This document shows, one piece after another, positions 47,845-61,100 of a stretch of 64,000 nucleotides of DNA. This DNA is from Sminthopsis crassicaudata (taxonomy: Eukaryota), in NCBI RefSeq assembly GCF_048593235.1, contig NC_133622.1, positions 193,533,198-193,597,197 of the forward strand, given 5' to 3'. Within the stretch, counting starts at the first letter, position 1. The number at the start of each line of letters is the position of its first letter. The notes under the pieces were generated by a model, which saw only the letters and a list, made by a program, of their open reading frames with translations, made no database searches and was not told where the DNA came from. A program made the translations under genes and the position numbers.

Positions 47845-48238
47845 TGTTTGAATAATCAAAGATTCTAAAGTCTTCTGGCCTTAGGATAGATAGTCCTGGC
47901 AACATTACTGTCAGATAGGTAATTGTTGGTTAGTAATAACCAAGTTCCTGAGACAATATGAATAGACCACCTCTCAAACCTACCTGTAAGCCATAAAATT
48001 AGCAAATAAGTAATATGGAACTCTGGTCTCTCTAACTTTGTCCTATACATTTATCTTCTTTCTCCAAGTTCTTTACTAAATCCTTTTGGAAATTACTCCT
48101 CTTCGATTGGCATTACAATTACAATAAACTTTGCCCCTTGACTTGGAGATGGGTTCGAGACTGCAAATTCTTTTGAGATACCTCGCGACACCGGTCTGCT
48201 ACTCCAACCTTTTGGGATCTCCTTTTTGAACCTCAACA
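47845..48238 (+). mobile_element. Probable solo LTR (ERV-derived)
   Basis: TGTT...AACA termini about 390 bp apart, internal AATAAA (48123) in an LTR-like context (aataaactttgcccc). No clear target-site duplication. Confidence 0.5.
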
Positions 48239-49229
48239 GAATCATTACAGTACCAAGCTAGATCATGGCCCAGAGAACCCCTTCTATCTGGAAGCTCCTG
48301 ACAATATCTTCAGTGGCAAAAGACTTTAATTTTTTAAAAGATGTTTTATTTTGTTTTTGCCAAAGAGTATTGGTCCCTGGGCCCCAGATAAGAAAAGAAA
48401 AAAAGAGAGGGACTGGAGTCTGAACTCCGAGGTCCAGTGAGCTCTGTTCTCTCTGGCTCTGTCCTACCCCTCCCCCAAAGCACGGGTCACAATGGGGCCC
48501 CTGGGGTAGGGTGGAGGTGGGGATACCAGGAGCCAGGCTGCAAGGGTTCCTTCCCAGCTCTGCATAGGGAGCTGGCGGTGGCGACATGACCAAGGCTGTT
48601 CTGCTGGGAGGTGAGTCTAGCCCCACCTTGGTCCCGTGTACCCATCCTCTCTATGGTCCTATCCCCTCTCCTTTCTCTTCGCCACTGTCTCCATCTATTT
48701 TCTGTTTCCATCCTCGTTTTCTCTCTCTATTGTCTTCCAGTCCGTTGTCCTGCTTTTTTCTTTTGTCCCTTTCCCTTTAAACCAGAGGAATGCTGTAGGT
48801 ATGTAGGTAGATCTAGTTTCCAGGAAAACATTTGACAAAGTCTCTTATGCAACCCCTTGGACCAACATGGAAAGACATGAGAGAGATAAGATGGTCAGAT
48901 TTGGAAAAGGGGAAACTATAGTCCTTCTGAACTCTCATTCTCTTGACATTTCCTGTATACTAATAGTATAATAATAACAGGTGGCCATATGTTTTCCTCA
49001 CCTTGACTATGCGACAGGCTCATCTTTTCCCTAGTTGTACATTTCTCTTTTATGTAAAATTTTATTTAGTTAGTTTTCGATAATATTCTGGACTCTGGAG
49101 GGATAAAGAATTGGATTCTTTGTCTAACAGCATTTGTAAGAAAATGGCTATGGAACTAGGGCTTGACCCGGGCCAGTATTTCCATGAACCTGTCTGTCAT
49201 CTTTGCCCAGATCAGTATGGTTCAGTTGG

Positions 49230-49870
49230 GTTTGTCACCAGCCACTCAGTAAGCATTAATTAAGCATGTACTATGTGCCCAGCTCTGAGCTATCTATGGA
49301 TATTAAGAAAGACAAAAAACAGTCCTTCCCCTGAAATAGTATACAAGTTAATGGGGGAGAGTGCAGGCAAATAAATATGTACAAACAAGCTATGAATGGG
49401 ATAAAAAAGAAATAATTGAAAATTAAGGGGGATGTGGGAAGATTTCTTGTAGAAGCTAAGATTTTAGTTGGGTTTTAAAGGAAGCCAAAGAAGCAGAGAT
49501 GAGAAGAGGAGGGAGATATTCCAGAGACTAGAATACAGTCAGAGAAAAATGCCTGGAGTCAAGAGGAGAGGAGTATCTCTTCTGATATCCAGGAGACCAA
49601 GCCATTGGATCAAAAGGAGGGGGCCAGCCTCAGGGTGTAAATTATAAGACTGGAAAGGTGGTAGGGGATAGGTTTTTAAGGGCTTTGAATGCCAAAGGAG
49701 TATTTTTGTAGTTGATTGGAAGTCACTGGAAGTTTATTGAGTAGGTAGGGGTGACATGGTTAAACCTGTATTCTAGGAAAATCATTTTAGCAGCTGAATT
49801 GACGATGGACCAGAATAGAAAGAAATTTGTGGAAGCAGACCAACCAACAGATTATTGGAATAATCCAGGC
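49230..49870 (+). mobile_element. L2 LINE 3' fragment
   Basis: tcagtaagcattaattaagcatgtactatgtgcc...gagatgagaagagga...tattggaataatccaggcatgagg, typical of L2 3' ends. Confidence 0.6.
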
Positions 49871-50844
49871 ATGAGGTAATATGAGTCAATACCAGGGCGG
49901 TGCCAAAGGAGAGAAGGCACACTGGAAGAATGACTGGGTGACTTTCTTGTCTTGAGGGTGGTCACATCTCTCACCAAAATGGGCTCTAGACTCTTCCTAA
50001 ACCTAATCTGCACTCTTCGGAAGAGCCATGGGCTCACTCTAGTTTTTATTCTGAAAAACTGAATTTAGGCTACAGTCTTCCCAGCTTTCTAGAAGTCCTA
50101 GCTCTTGCAGACCTCCCTGGCCTCCAAGATCTAATTGCATGTTTCTCTTGTGACACCTTTTATGCAGTTTCTCATGCAGTTTTTCTTTTATAATGACATT
50201 TTGTCTTGTTCTTGCCTACCATGTACTCCAGAGGCTACATAACACAAGGATGTGTTTGTGTGTATAAAAGGCCTGAGGATGTTAGTGGTTTCATAATCAA
50301 AAATGTGTCAAAAGTATTTTATGGCATCAAAACAAAATATTGTTGAATTCAACAAACACTTAAGTAGCATTTACTGTGTACGGCAAGGTATTGGGGAAAC
50401 CTAAGCAGAATTTAAAAAGTTGCTACTACTTTAGGGTGAGGGATGGATATAATATGTAAATACAATGAAATCTGAGGAGAAAGAGAGCAATCATAACCTG
50501 AAGAAATAGCAAATGGTCCATGTAGTTTGTGGCTCCTAAAATGACCTTTGAAGAGGAAGCTAAAAATTTTGAGAGATGGAGACAAGGAAGGGAGTGTATT
50601 CTAGACATGAATGACAATTCTGTATAAAGAGCCTAAAGGAAGAAGATGGAGCTCAGAGAATAGTTAAGCTGTCTTAAACTTCATTTATAACAGGAAGGGA
50701 TAAGTTATTTCTGTCTTCATCATAGACTACATCTGTGATGACTGCGTTCAGTTCTGGGTACCACATTTTATGAAAGATATTGACAAGCAATGTGGTTTTG
50801 AGGAATAATTTATATTATGTTATGAATGGGAAATTGCTTAGAAG

Positions 50845-51480
50845 TAGCAGAAAATAAAAACAACTCTTGAGTTTTCATCTCACATCCATCAGATTGGCAA
50901 AGATGACAAAAGATAAAAATGCTAAGTGTTGGAGGGACTCTGGGAAGACAAACAGGTGAATGCAATTGGAATTTTGGATCAGTCCAACCATTCTGAAAAA
51001 CAATTTGGAATTAAACTAAAAGAGTGACTAAATTGTGTATATCCTTAGAACCAGTAACATTATACTGGTCAGATGCCCAAAAGATGCCAAAGGCAGAGGT
51101 GGTTATATGTACACAAAAATAGTTATACTAAAAACTTTAATAAGACCTGGAAAGGCCAGGTCCACTGATTGGAGAATAGATTAATAGATTGTGGTATATT
51201 AAGGTAGGTGAGAGTATGATCTATCAAATGTGATGTGAAGATTTATAAGATTCAGAGCAAAGTAAATAGAATCAGGAAAACAACATACATCATCATCAGA
51301 ATGGTAATGGAAAATAATATTGAGAGATTTCAGAACGTTGATCAATTAAGTGATCTATTATGCTTACACACAGTACAGGTAAATCAAGTATGCAATCTGT
51401 CTCCCAGTGGAAAGAAGGAAGACAATAGATAAGTCCAGGACGTATAAAATTTTAGACGTTATCAACGTGTAGATTTGTTT
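50845..51480 (+). mobile_element. Old L1 3' fragment
   Basis: catctcacatccatcagattggcaaagatgac...aacaatttggaatt, degenerate ORF2 end and UTR. Confidence 0.55.
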
Positions 51481-51611
51481 TGCATGCTTGTAATTTTTTT
51501 TTACAACAGAGGTTTCTGAAGGGAAGGTGGAATCATTGAGAAGTGATAGGGATGCAAAAAAAAAAAAAAAAAGGAAAAGTACATCAATAAAAGTTTAAAA
51601 TTAAAATTAAA

Positions 51612-51755
51612 GGGGCAGGTAGATGGTGCAGTGGATAGAGCCCCAGCCCTGAATTCTGGAGGACCTGAGTTCAAATCTGGTCTCAGACATTTAACACTTC
51701 CTAGCTGTGTGACTCTGGGCAAGTCACTTAACCCCAATTGCCTCAACCAAAAAAA
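51612..51755 (+). mobile_element. tRNA-derived marsupial SINE (WSINE1-type), full length
   Basis: A and B boxes, canonical body, flanking aaaattaaaattaaa direct repeat. Confidence 0.85.
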
Positions 51756-53525
51756 AATTAAAATTAAAATGAGAAGTGGTATAAAGGATATTATAAGAGA
51801 GATCCATAAATGGAAAGGTAGATGGGCTGGTCCATTCATGAAAATGAATAATCTGTCTACTCCATTGCTAGGCACACAATGTCACAATAGCTAAAGGAAG
51901 AGCACCCTCCTCCAATGTATTGAGTAGACCACCTGGGAAGAACTAATGGGAAAGTACATGCAAGTCATATAGGACAAATAGATAATAGACTGTGATATGG
52001 ACAATTGGAGAAAGGACCACATCAGAGTGTGATCAGAGATTCATCCAGAATGGCTAAGTTTAGAGAACCTGAAGTGGAGGGTGACCAATGTGATTAAGGG
52101 TCTTGAAACCAAACCATATGAGATTTAGTCGAAGGAAATGGGGAAGACAGAAGAAGATAGGACTTAGGAAGAATGGGAATAGCTGACTTTATTTGAAAAG
52201 CAATCATGCTTTGCTTAACCCCCAAATAAGAAACAATGGGTAAAAATCACAGGTTTATTGAGGCTCAATTAAAAAAAAAAGACTTACTAAAATTAGAATT
52301 ATCCAAATGTGGAATTGACTGTCTCAGGAAGTCCTAATTAGAAGTCTTCAAGCAAAGACTGAATGTATGGCCATTTATCAGGGGCCATAATTCTCTTTAC
52401 AACATCATTTATCAGGGATGTTGTAAAGAGAATTATTTATTATTCAGAGACAGTTTGGCCCCCTGAATCCCTTTCTAGCTCTTATATTCTATGATTCTAT
52501 TGCCTTCCCAAACCCATCTTCTGTCTCCTTCTCAGGTTCATGCTTCTATTCTCTTGATTTGCCTCCTTTCTTTTCCCTTTCCTTCTCTTGTTCAATCCCC
52601 TGTACATCTCTACTTTTTCCTCCTGGTACTACTTCCCCAGCTCTTATCTCTCTTGACCACTTTTTTTCTGTTTTATTCTTTGGTTCCTTCTTTGATCTAC
52701 CCCTTTCCTGTGCTCCCCCTTCCCCCAAAAAAATTACCTTCCCTAGTTTTCTTATTCTCTTCTAACTCAACTTTGGTAATGACATGCTGGTATCTCAGAA
52801 TCCACTTGCTTTCCTAGAGCAGTTTAATCAGTTTCTAGGAGCCCAACACACCATGGATGGAATTCATGGAAGAACAGCTAGTGGGGAGTTTCTCCTTGGG
52901 TTTTCCCCACATTCTGACCTTTCAGGGAACAAAGCCCAGTAGGAATCGGACAAATATTCCAGGAATGAAGTACCAGAGCAAACTTATATTGAGAAGCATA
53001 GACAATGGCTGGATATTACACTCAAGTCTACACTTCCTTCCTCCCCTTCTCTAATGACTATTTTCTATCCTCACCTACTTTCCCAGTCTTCTGGGAGCTG
53101 TTTCCAAACTTCTGCAAATCTGCAGATCTGTAGCTGCTACTGTCTCTGCTGATATAGGTGACTCAGGATGCGACCTCTCCCTGCCTCAGTAGATAGTTCC
53201 TGTAGTCTACTCTGTTCCTAAACATTCAAATTCAAACATTAGTCAGAGTGCTCAGAGGAGAGCTTTCTCCAGATCTCTGGTTTACCTGGGATGATGGGAC
53301 ACTGGAGGAAGAATTATGAACTCTCAACTTTACCTCAGTAGCAGTAGGGATCTGGGGTAGTAATTCTAGGTTAGAAGCCTACAAGAGATAAAGCTCAGTC
53401 TTCAGTCTTATTTTCTTAGGCTTCATAAGGCCACAGAGAGAGAAAACCAGGAAATCTTTGCCCTGGGCTTCAAAGTTTTTACTTTCCCTCCAAATTCTCC
53501 TTTCCTAATCAAATTCTCTCTCCTT

Positions 53526-54002
53526 NNNNNNNNNNNNNNNNNNNNNNNNNNNNNNNNNNNNNNNNNNNNNNNNNNNNNNNNNNNNNNNNNNNNNNNNNNN
53601 NNNNNNNNNNNNNNNNNNNNNNNNNNNNNNNNNNNNNNNNNNNNNNNNNNNNNNNNNNNNNNNNNNNNNNNNNNNNNNNNNNNNNNNNNNNNNNNNNNNN
53701 NNNNNNNNNNNNNNNNNNNNNNNNNNNNNNNNNNNNNNNNNNNNNNNNNNNNNNNNNNNNNNNNNNNNNNNNNNNNNNNNNNNNNNNNNNNNNNNNNNNN
53801 NNNNNNNNNNNNNNNNNNNNNNNNNNNNNNNNNNNNNNNNNNNNNNNNNNNNNNNNNNNNNNNNNNNNNNNNNNNNNNNNNNNNNNNNNNNNNNNNNNNN
53901 NNNNNNNNNNNNNNNNNNNNNNNNNNNNNNNNNNNNNNNNNNNNNNNNNNNNNNNNNNNNNNNNNNNNNNNNNNNNNNNNNNNNNNNNNNNNNNNNNNNN
54001 NN
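53526..54002. other. Assembly gap (477 N)
   Basis: Run of N ending in a tandem repeat. Confidence 0.99.
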
Positions 54003-54073
54003 CCCACGTGAGGATTATGCAAGCCCCCTCTAATGACAATTGTTCCCACGTGAGGATTATGCAAGCCCCCTCT
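54003..54073. repeat. 42-bp minisatellite (1.7 visible copies, runs into the gap)
   Basis: cccacgtgaggattatgcaagccccctct occurs at 54003 and again at 54045. Confidence 0.8.
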
Positions 54074-54480
54074 CAAAGGTCCCAGCCAGGGGTCAAATGG
54101 TGACTTCTTCTCGGTTGGCCTTGGCAATCCGCCCCTCTGCCCCGAGGGTCCGGCTCCCTGAGCCCCCTCCGCTCTTTGTGTGTCAAGAAACTAATGAAAC
54201 TGCTCCCCCTCCTACCCCTTCAAGTGGGCAAGCTCATCATTACCCGAGGATGGCATTTCATTACCGGAAAGTTCTCTCCCCTTCTCCTTTCCTAGCTTTT
54301 CCTTCCTTCCTTCTCCATCCTCTCCCAGGACTCACCATTTTGGGATAACTTCTTGTGGAACCCTGGACACTTTGGATGCTCAGGGGGTATTTTAGGATCA
54401 TTCTTTATGCCTTGGGAACAACCCCTTCCCAGCCTCTATTCCCCCTAGGCTGTAGATTTGTCCTCCTTCGAACGTAGTGA

Positions 54481-55218
<738 letters not shown>

Positions 55219-57992
55219 AGTCAAGGGACCACCATCTGCCTCCTAACACTACCCCCAATTCAGCCTTGGCCTTGAACCGTCCTCAACCCCATCCAATACA
55301 AGGGACGGGCCTTTGCCCCCTGCCACCGCCCCTTGCCTGACCTGTCTGCTCTGTCTGGGTTGGATTCAGGAGTTCCCGTCGTTCCTTTTCCTCCAGCCTC
55401 CTGTCTGCTCTGGCCCAATCAGTCCCAGGAGTCCCCACCCTGCCCAGCCTCTAATGGCAGGACCTAAGCTGTATTCCTGGTCTTTTCAGTCCCACAAGGC
55501 CTGACTGCCTGGATTCCCACCCATACCTTGACTAGACCCAGGAGCCCAGAGCCCTGAATTTGGAGTCAGGACACCTTAGTTTAAACCCTATTTTTGGTCT
55601 TTACCTGTGTGAATTGGGGCAGGTCCCTCTACCTCCCTGGGCTGTGGTTCTTTATCAGTAAAATAAGGTTGGCCTAGGTGATCTCTAATGTCCCTTCCAA
55701 CTCTCAACTGTATGACACGGAGACCTTTTCCCTTTCTCATGACCTCAGCCTATCTCAATTCTACTCAGAAATTCCTGAGCTTTCCATCGGAGCTAATATA
55801 GCTCTGTTATCCGCTACCAGAAGCCAGCTGGCTCTGAGTGGGAGGGGAGTAAAGTTTTTACTACCAAGGCACCCTCTTCTTCCCAAAGGCCAAAGGCGCA
55901 GACAAGATTCTGAGACCCTAAGAAATCTGGAGAGAACTGTGGTCCGCCATATCCTTGTGGACTGGACTCCCCAGTTAGAGTCAAAGTATGCAGAGCAGTG
56001 GAAGCAACACTTTGAGGGCCCATTCCAGAGTCCAGTCTAGAGCCCAACACTCCAGATTAGTGTGAGAGTCTGGGTGGTCTGCAATCTGCCCTGGTTCCCA
56101 GAACTCTCAAACACTGGAGCATATTGTAGGGTAGAACCTCTGCTTTGGACAGGAGCTAACCGCCTTCTCGGTGATGTTGTAACTCTTAGCTCTGCCCAGG
56201 ACCTGCCTCCATCACTGAGCCATAGATGGACCAGAAAGAGGTCAGTATGAGAAATGGGGCATGATTTCAGGTATGATAGACATTTGGGGATATATTGAAA
56301 GGAGAGGGTGGTTGCTGAGAGTGAGAGTTTGAGAACAATGGAAATGGTTATAAGGAGCCAAGGAACTGGAAAAACCAAATGGAAATTTGTTCTCTAGTTT
56401 CCTTTTACCATTCTCCAAGTTGAGGAATTTTTCGCCCCTGTACGTCTGTATTTCCTCCCCATGGCTCTTCTCCCCTGACTTGTTTTAGGATTCTTGCCAA
56501 TGGTCTTCAATCCCACAGGAACTCCAGCTTTTGTTCCCAGACCTAACTGCACCAACTCCAATGTAAAGTTATTCCTGAGCTCAACTCTCCTGTTGGTTGC
56601 TGGGAAGGTGGAGGGACCAGAGACAAAGATAGAGACAAAATGAAAAGGGATGAATATGAGCTGGATTGATGGCAGTGAGGAGGGTAGAGAGATACCACAT
56701 TTCATCAAGTTCCCCTATAGAATCGATAAGGCAACTCAAGTTTAAGTACCTACCCACTCCCAGTGAAGGAGAAAGAAGGGGGACCCCTAACTATTCCCCC
56801 ATAACTTACATTCTCGTGGGAGAATTTCAAGGTCATGATTACTCCAAGGACCAGCCCTTGCCAGAATATGTGGTTTTGACCTTGGCCATGTAAGAATAAG
56901 AAGTCCCACTTCTATATGTGATAAACTCTTAGAAACCATAATAAAATGTGGGATCAGTGAATATAAAAATAAATAGTTCTGTTGATCAGGAAATAGTTCT
57001 ATAGAGCAGATACTTACTCGTCCTTTCAGACTTGTTTTAATTTGAATTTGAGCCAAGGAAAGTATCCAAGCTCAGTTATTGATCAAGGTTGCTTATTGGA
57101 AAGGGTACTACAAACACCTCCATCTATAATCACCCCCAGTTCCCAGAACTCAAACACTAGAGCATATTGTAGGATATAATCTCTGTTTTGGACAGGAGTT
57201 AACAGCATTCTCAGTGATGTTGTAACTTTTAATTCTGCCCAAGACCTGCCTCCACTATTGAGCCATATATGGATCAGAAATAGGATGTAAGTGCAAAGTA
57301 ATTCCAGAAATGTAAAGTGCAATGTTTAACATATATTACTTGCTGTCTAGGGGAGGGGATGAGGAAAAGGGAGAAAAATGTGGAACACAAGGTTTTGCAA
57401 GGGTGAATGTTGAAACTATCTTTGCATATATTTTGAAAATTTAAAAAAACCTATTTTTAAAAAGATTAAACAATCTACAAAATAATAAATCAAGTCCTCA
57501 TTTAAAAAAAATTTAAAGTGCAGGTAATGTATCTTAAGGCAAAAGAATATTTCTAAGAATTGGCCAAGTCTCTGTCCTTGAGCAGAAATATATCAAGTAA
57601 AGAAACAATTTGTCCAAAGTGACTTCCAAAAGGTATCTGTGGTTTATGTCAGTCACGTCCTCTAGACCAGTGATTTGAAAACTCATTTGATCATAGATCA
57701 GAATGTTCCCAAAAAATGAAGAGGCAAAGGTGTGTATGTAAACTATGCCAGGCTCTTGCTAATTACTATTCTGAATCTCAAAACTCCAGCCTACCACAGT
57801 GAACAAATGATCTAGGAATCACAGGGTAGGGAAACTAGGTTTGTAGAGGGAGGGCATGGGGAATTTTGCTTATATAGGCACATTTCCTATTAAGCTATCA
57901 CTGTCCTGAGAGGAGTCCAACCATGCAACCTAGGAAGCCCTGGAGGAAAGATGTTGAGGTGAGTAAAGGAGGGGTTAAAATTATGTTGGAGA

Positions 57993-58187
57993 GGGGGCAG
58001 CTAGGTGGTGAAGTGGATAGAGCACCAGCCCTGAATTCAGCAGGACCCGAGTTCAAATCTGGTCTCAGACACTTAACACTTCCTAGCTGTGTGACCCTGG
58101 GCTAGTCACTTAGCCCCAGTCTCGGGGATAAAAAAAAAATAATAAAAAAAAATAAAAAAGTCACTTAACCCCAGCCTTAGGGGGGGA
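57993..58187 (+). mobile_element. tRNA-derived marsupial SINE (WSINE1-type) with a duplicated 3' tail
   Basis: Canonical body; 16-bp target-site duplication aaaatta(t/c)gttggaga at 57977-57992 and 58188-58203. Confidence 0.88.
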
Positions 58188-61100
58188 AAAATTACGTTGG
58201 AGACAAACCCATGACATCGATGACTCACACATCCCTTGGGGTAGTGCCATGATCTCCCACTTTGTATACAATTGCTTTAGACCATTACAGAAGATGTGTG
58301 TTCCAATCAAGACTTTGAAAGAGCTTTGGGATGGGTCAGTGATCACGGGACAGGATAGGACCTATGAACATCATGGACTTGGAATTTTCAAATTTCTTCA
58401 GGAAGCTGCAGAAGAGTTTGATCTTGTACAGAAAGGGTTATCTTCTGGATTTTATTGATATGCAGTAGAATGGGGCAGATATGATTGGTCCAAGGACCAG
58501 AACAAGCACAGCAGGAAATCACTTTTAGATCTTGGACAAAAATTAAAAGTCCATGCCAGAGAATTCACTTTACACTTAATTTAAAATGTATTTTATGAAG
58601 AGAATTATGTGAGACCCTGAGGATGATACAAAGTTTACATAAAACATTCCTACCCTCATGGAGCTTATAATAATGAGAGACTGACACCAAATTTATAATA
58701 TTCAATGAGGAGAACATGAAAATGCTAGGGAAAGATTACCAATGGGGAGTTATGGTGGAGGATCAGATCTAGTAACAGGAAAACAGGAAGGTATCCGAGC
58801 ATGTGGGAGAAACAGGATAGTGGGGTTGATGAGGTAGATGGGATAGTGAGCATCCAGCACATGGCAGGGCATAGTGCCAAGGTTGGGCAGGAGGCAAGAG
58901 GGGAAGTCATGGACATCAAGTCATGGAATCTAAGAACTGGAAGGGACTCAGAGACATTAATCCTTCAACCTTTACTTAGTCAAGCATCTGCAACAGGCCA
59001 AACGTCCTTCAGTTTCTGGTTGTGTCTCTAAAGATGGAGAGCTGGCTATCTTCTGAAACAGATTGTTGGGAAGCTCTTAGTGTTGAGTTTCTACTAGTCC
59101 AAGAGTAGACAAGACACTCTTCTCTCTGCCCCTTCCACCCTTTGCCTCAGGAAATTAGATTTGGAAGAGAGGTCATCTCCAACTATCTCCTGAAACATCA
59201 ATTCCCTCTTAACATATGCCCATAGTCATGATTCAGACTCCAAGTTTAAAGACTTCCAGTGATAGGGAACTCATTCCCTTTTACCTCATTCCATTAGTGG
59301 ACAGACCTAAGGAGTTTTTTCCTATATTAAGCCAAATCCTCTTCCCTTTAACTTCCTCCCATTGATCCTAACTGGGCCTTTGAGAGCCAAGCATAATGTG
59401 TCTATTTCTCTAAGACAACTCTTCAGATATTTGCTCACAATAATTCTATCTCCCCCTCCCCGCCCCGAGAAGCTAACCATCCTCAGTTCCTTCAAATTTG
59501 TGTACATGATATCATTCTCCTCTGGATATCTTACAGCTTGAAAATGTTATAAAATTATATGTTCTGTGATGAACTCCCTGTTCCAAAAGTGTCCTGATTG
59601 GAACAGAAAAAGGTCAGAGTTCAGTATTCCACCTCTCAACCCAAATTTTGTTCAGTACGTTTAAAAAAACAAAATCAAAAACCATCAGCCTTTGCTGTCA
59701 TCACTATTGATTTATGTTGAGCTATTTATACATGACAATGATGTCTGTGTATGTAATGCCCCAGGTGACATTTGAGATGCTGCAGTACCAATAGCCTACA
59801 TCTGAGTCATATTTTGGTTTGTGCAAGCCTATTTAAAAAAAAAAAAAAAAACATTTAAATTCATTAACTTTTGAGGGGCTGTAGTATATAATTTGGCCAC
59901 TGGATCGTGCTACAATCAAACACAGGCAAGCAGATGCATCCGAGGGCATCCAATGACCGTGTGTTGACTTCCCCAGAGACTGTAATATCTCCATTGCTCA
60001 CCAGAGGGCATTTGCCTACAAATTCATAGACTCCTTCCATTGTCCACAGCTTTATGATTCCTGGCTTCCAATTTATATTTATCTAGACATGAAAACAAAA
60101 TATCTCAGTGAATTATGGAAATCTCTATATAGCTGTACTGTAATCCCGAAGGAAAAGTTCCCTTTCTGTCCACCAGTCTCATGAGCGTTAGAAATTGCTT
60201 TTTAAATGGTCATATGGATTATTAAAATCCAATAAAATGAGGGGGAAATTAGACAAGAAAGAGACAAGCCTGATCTTCTTCCAATCCTCTTTCAGGGTGG
60301 GAGATAATGGGAAGGGATGGCCTATTTGGAACCCACAAGGAATACATCTGCAAACCATCAGAGAGAAGGTGGATCTCCTGGCCCCCGTGATTAAGGTTTC
60401 TAGCAGCTGCTGGTCCAGACCTGTTTTTTCTCTGACGCTGTTTTGTCTTACACTTTGGCTCCAGCTCTGCCTCAGACATTCCAGCTCTCCAGGATCTGTT
60501 CCAGCTCTGCCTTCCTCATGCAGCATCTCAGTGACGTGACAGCTGTGAACAGAATTCGGGCACTGGTGGTAGCTTCTTGGTCCAAGTATAGTTCTCTGTT
60601 TCATCTTATTGGCTCAAAAGTCCAAAGGACCCTTCACAAGGCTGCCATTTTAATACAGGCTCGTAAGATCTCTCAGGTAGACTCTCATTAGCCTCCTATT
60701 TGGTTTCCTGCTTCCAGTCTTTTCCTTTCCAATCCATTCTTCATGCAATTGTCGAAAGAAAGAAAACAAAAATAAAAAAAGAATTTAATGTTGATGGAGG
60801 ACCTTAGGTCAAATCCTGTCTGTATGATCTTGGACAAGTTATTTAACCTTCTTAGGCAGAGAAGTGTCAAAAGTATATAGATCCAGGAAAATTTGAATTC
60901 AAATCCTGATTCAAAAATTTATTTGCTGTGCAAATGTGAGTCACTTTAATTCCCTCAGCCTCAGTTTCCTCAGATGTAAAGTGAGTGTTTCTCTGAGCCT
61001 TTTAAATGTCAGCTCTGTGACTGTAGAACTTGGCTTGACTGAAGCCTCCTTCAAGAAAAAATTACACACTCCTGTGATAGTGGGAAAAACCTCTGGATTT

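Noticed and set aside
55678-56040. ORF containing RHILVDW, reminiscent of the cyclin box
   Set aside because: The similarity does not extend beyond 7 residues, the start is non-ATG, and there is no consistent exon chain.
57148-57252. Minus-frame RIKSYNITEN resembling XCL1 chemokine RIKTYTITEG, and WRQVL resembling IQCF proteins
   Set aside because: The matches are 11 residues or shorter, the Cys spacing and flanks do not fit, and there is an in-frame stop. Kept only as part of the duplication finding.
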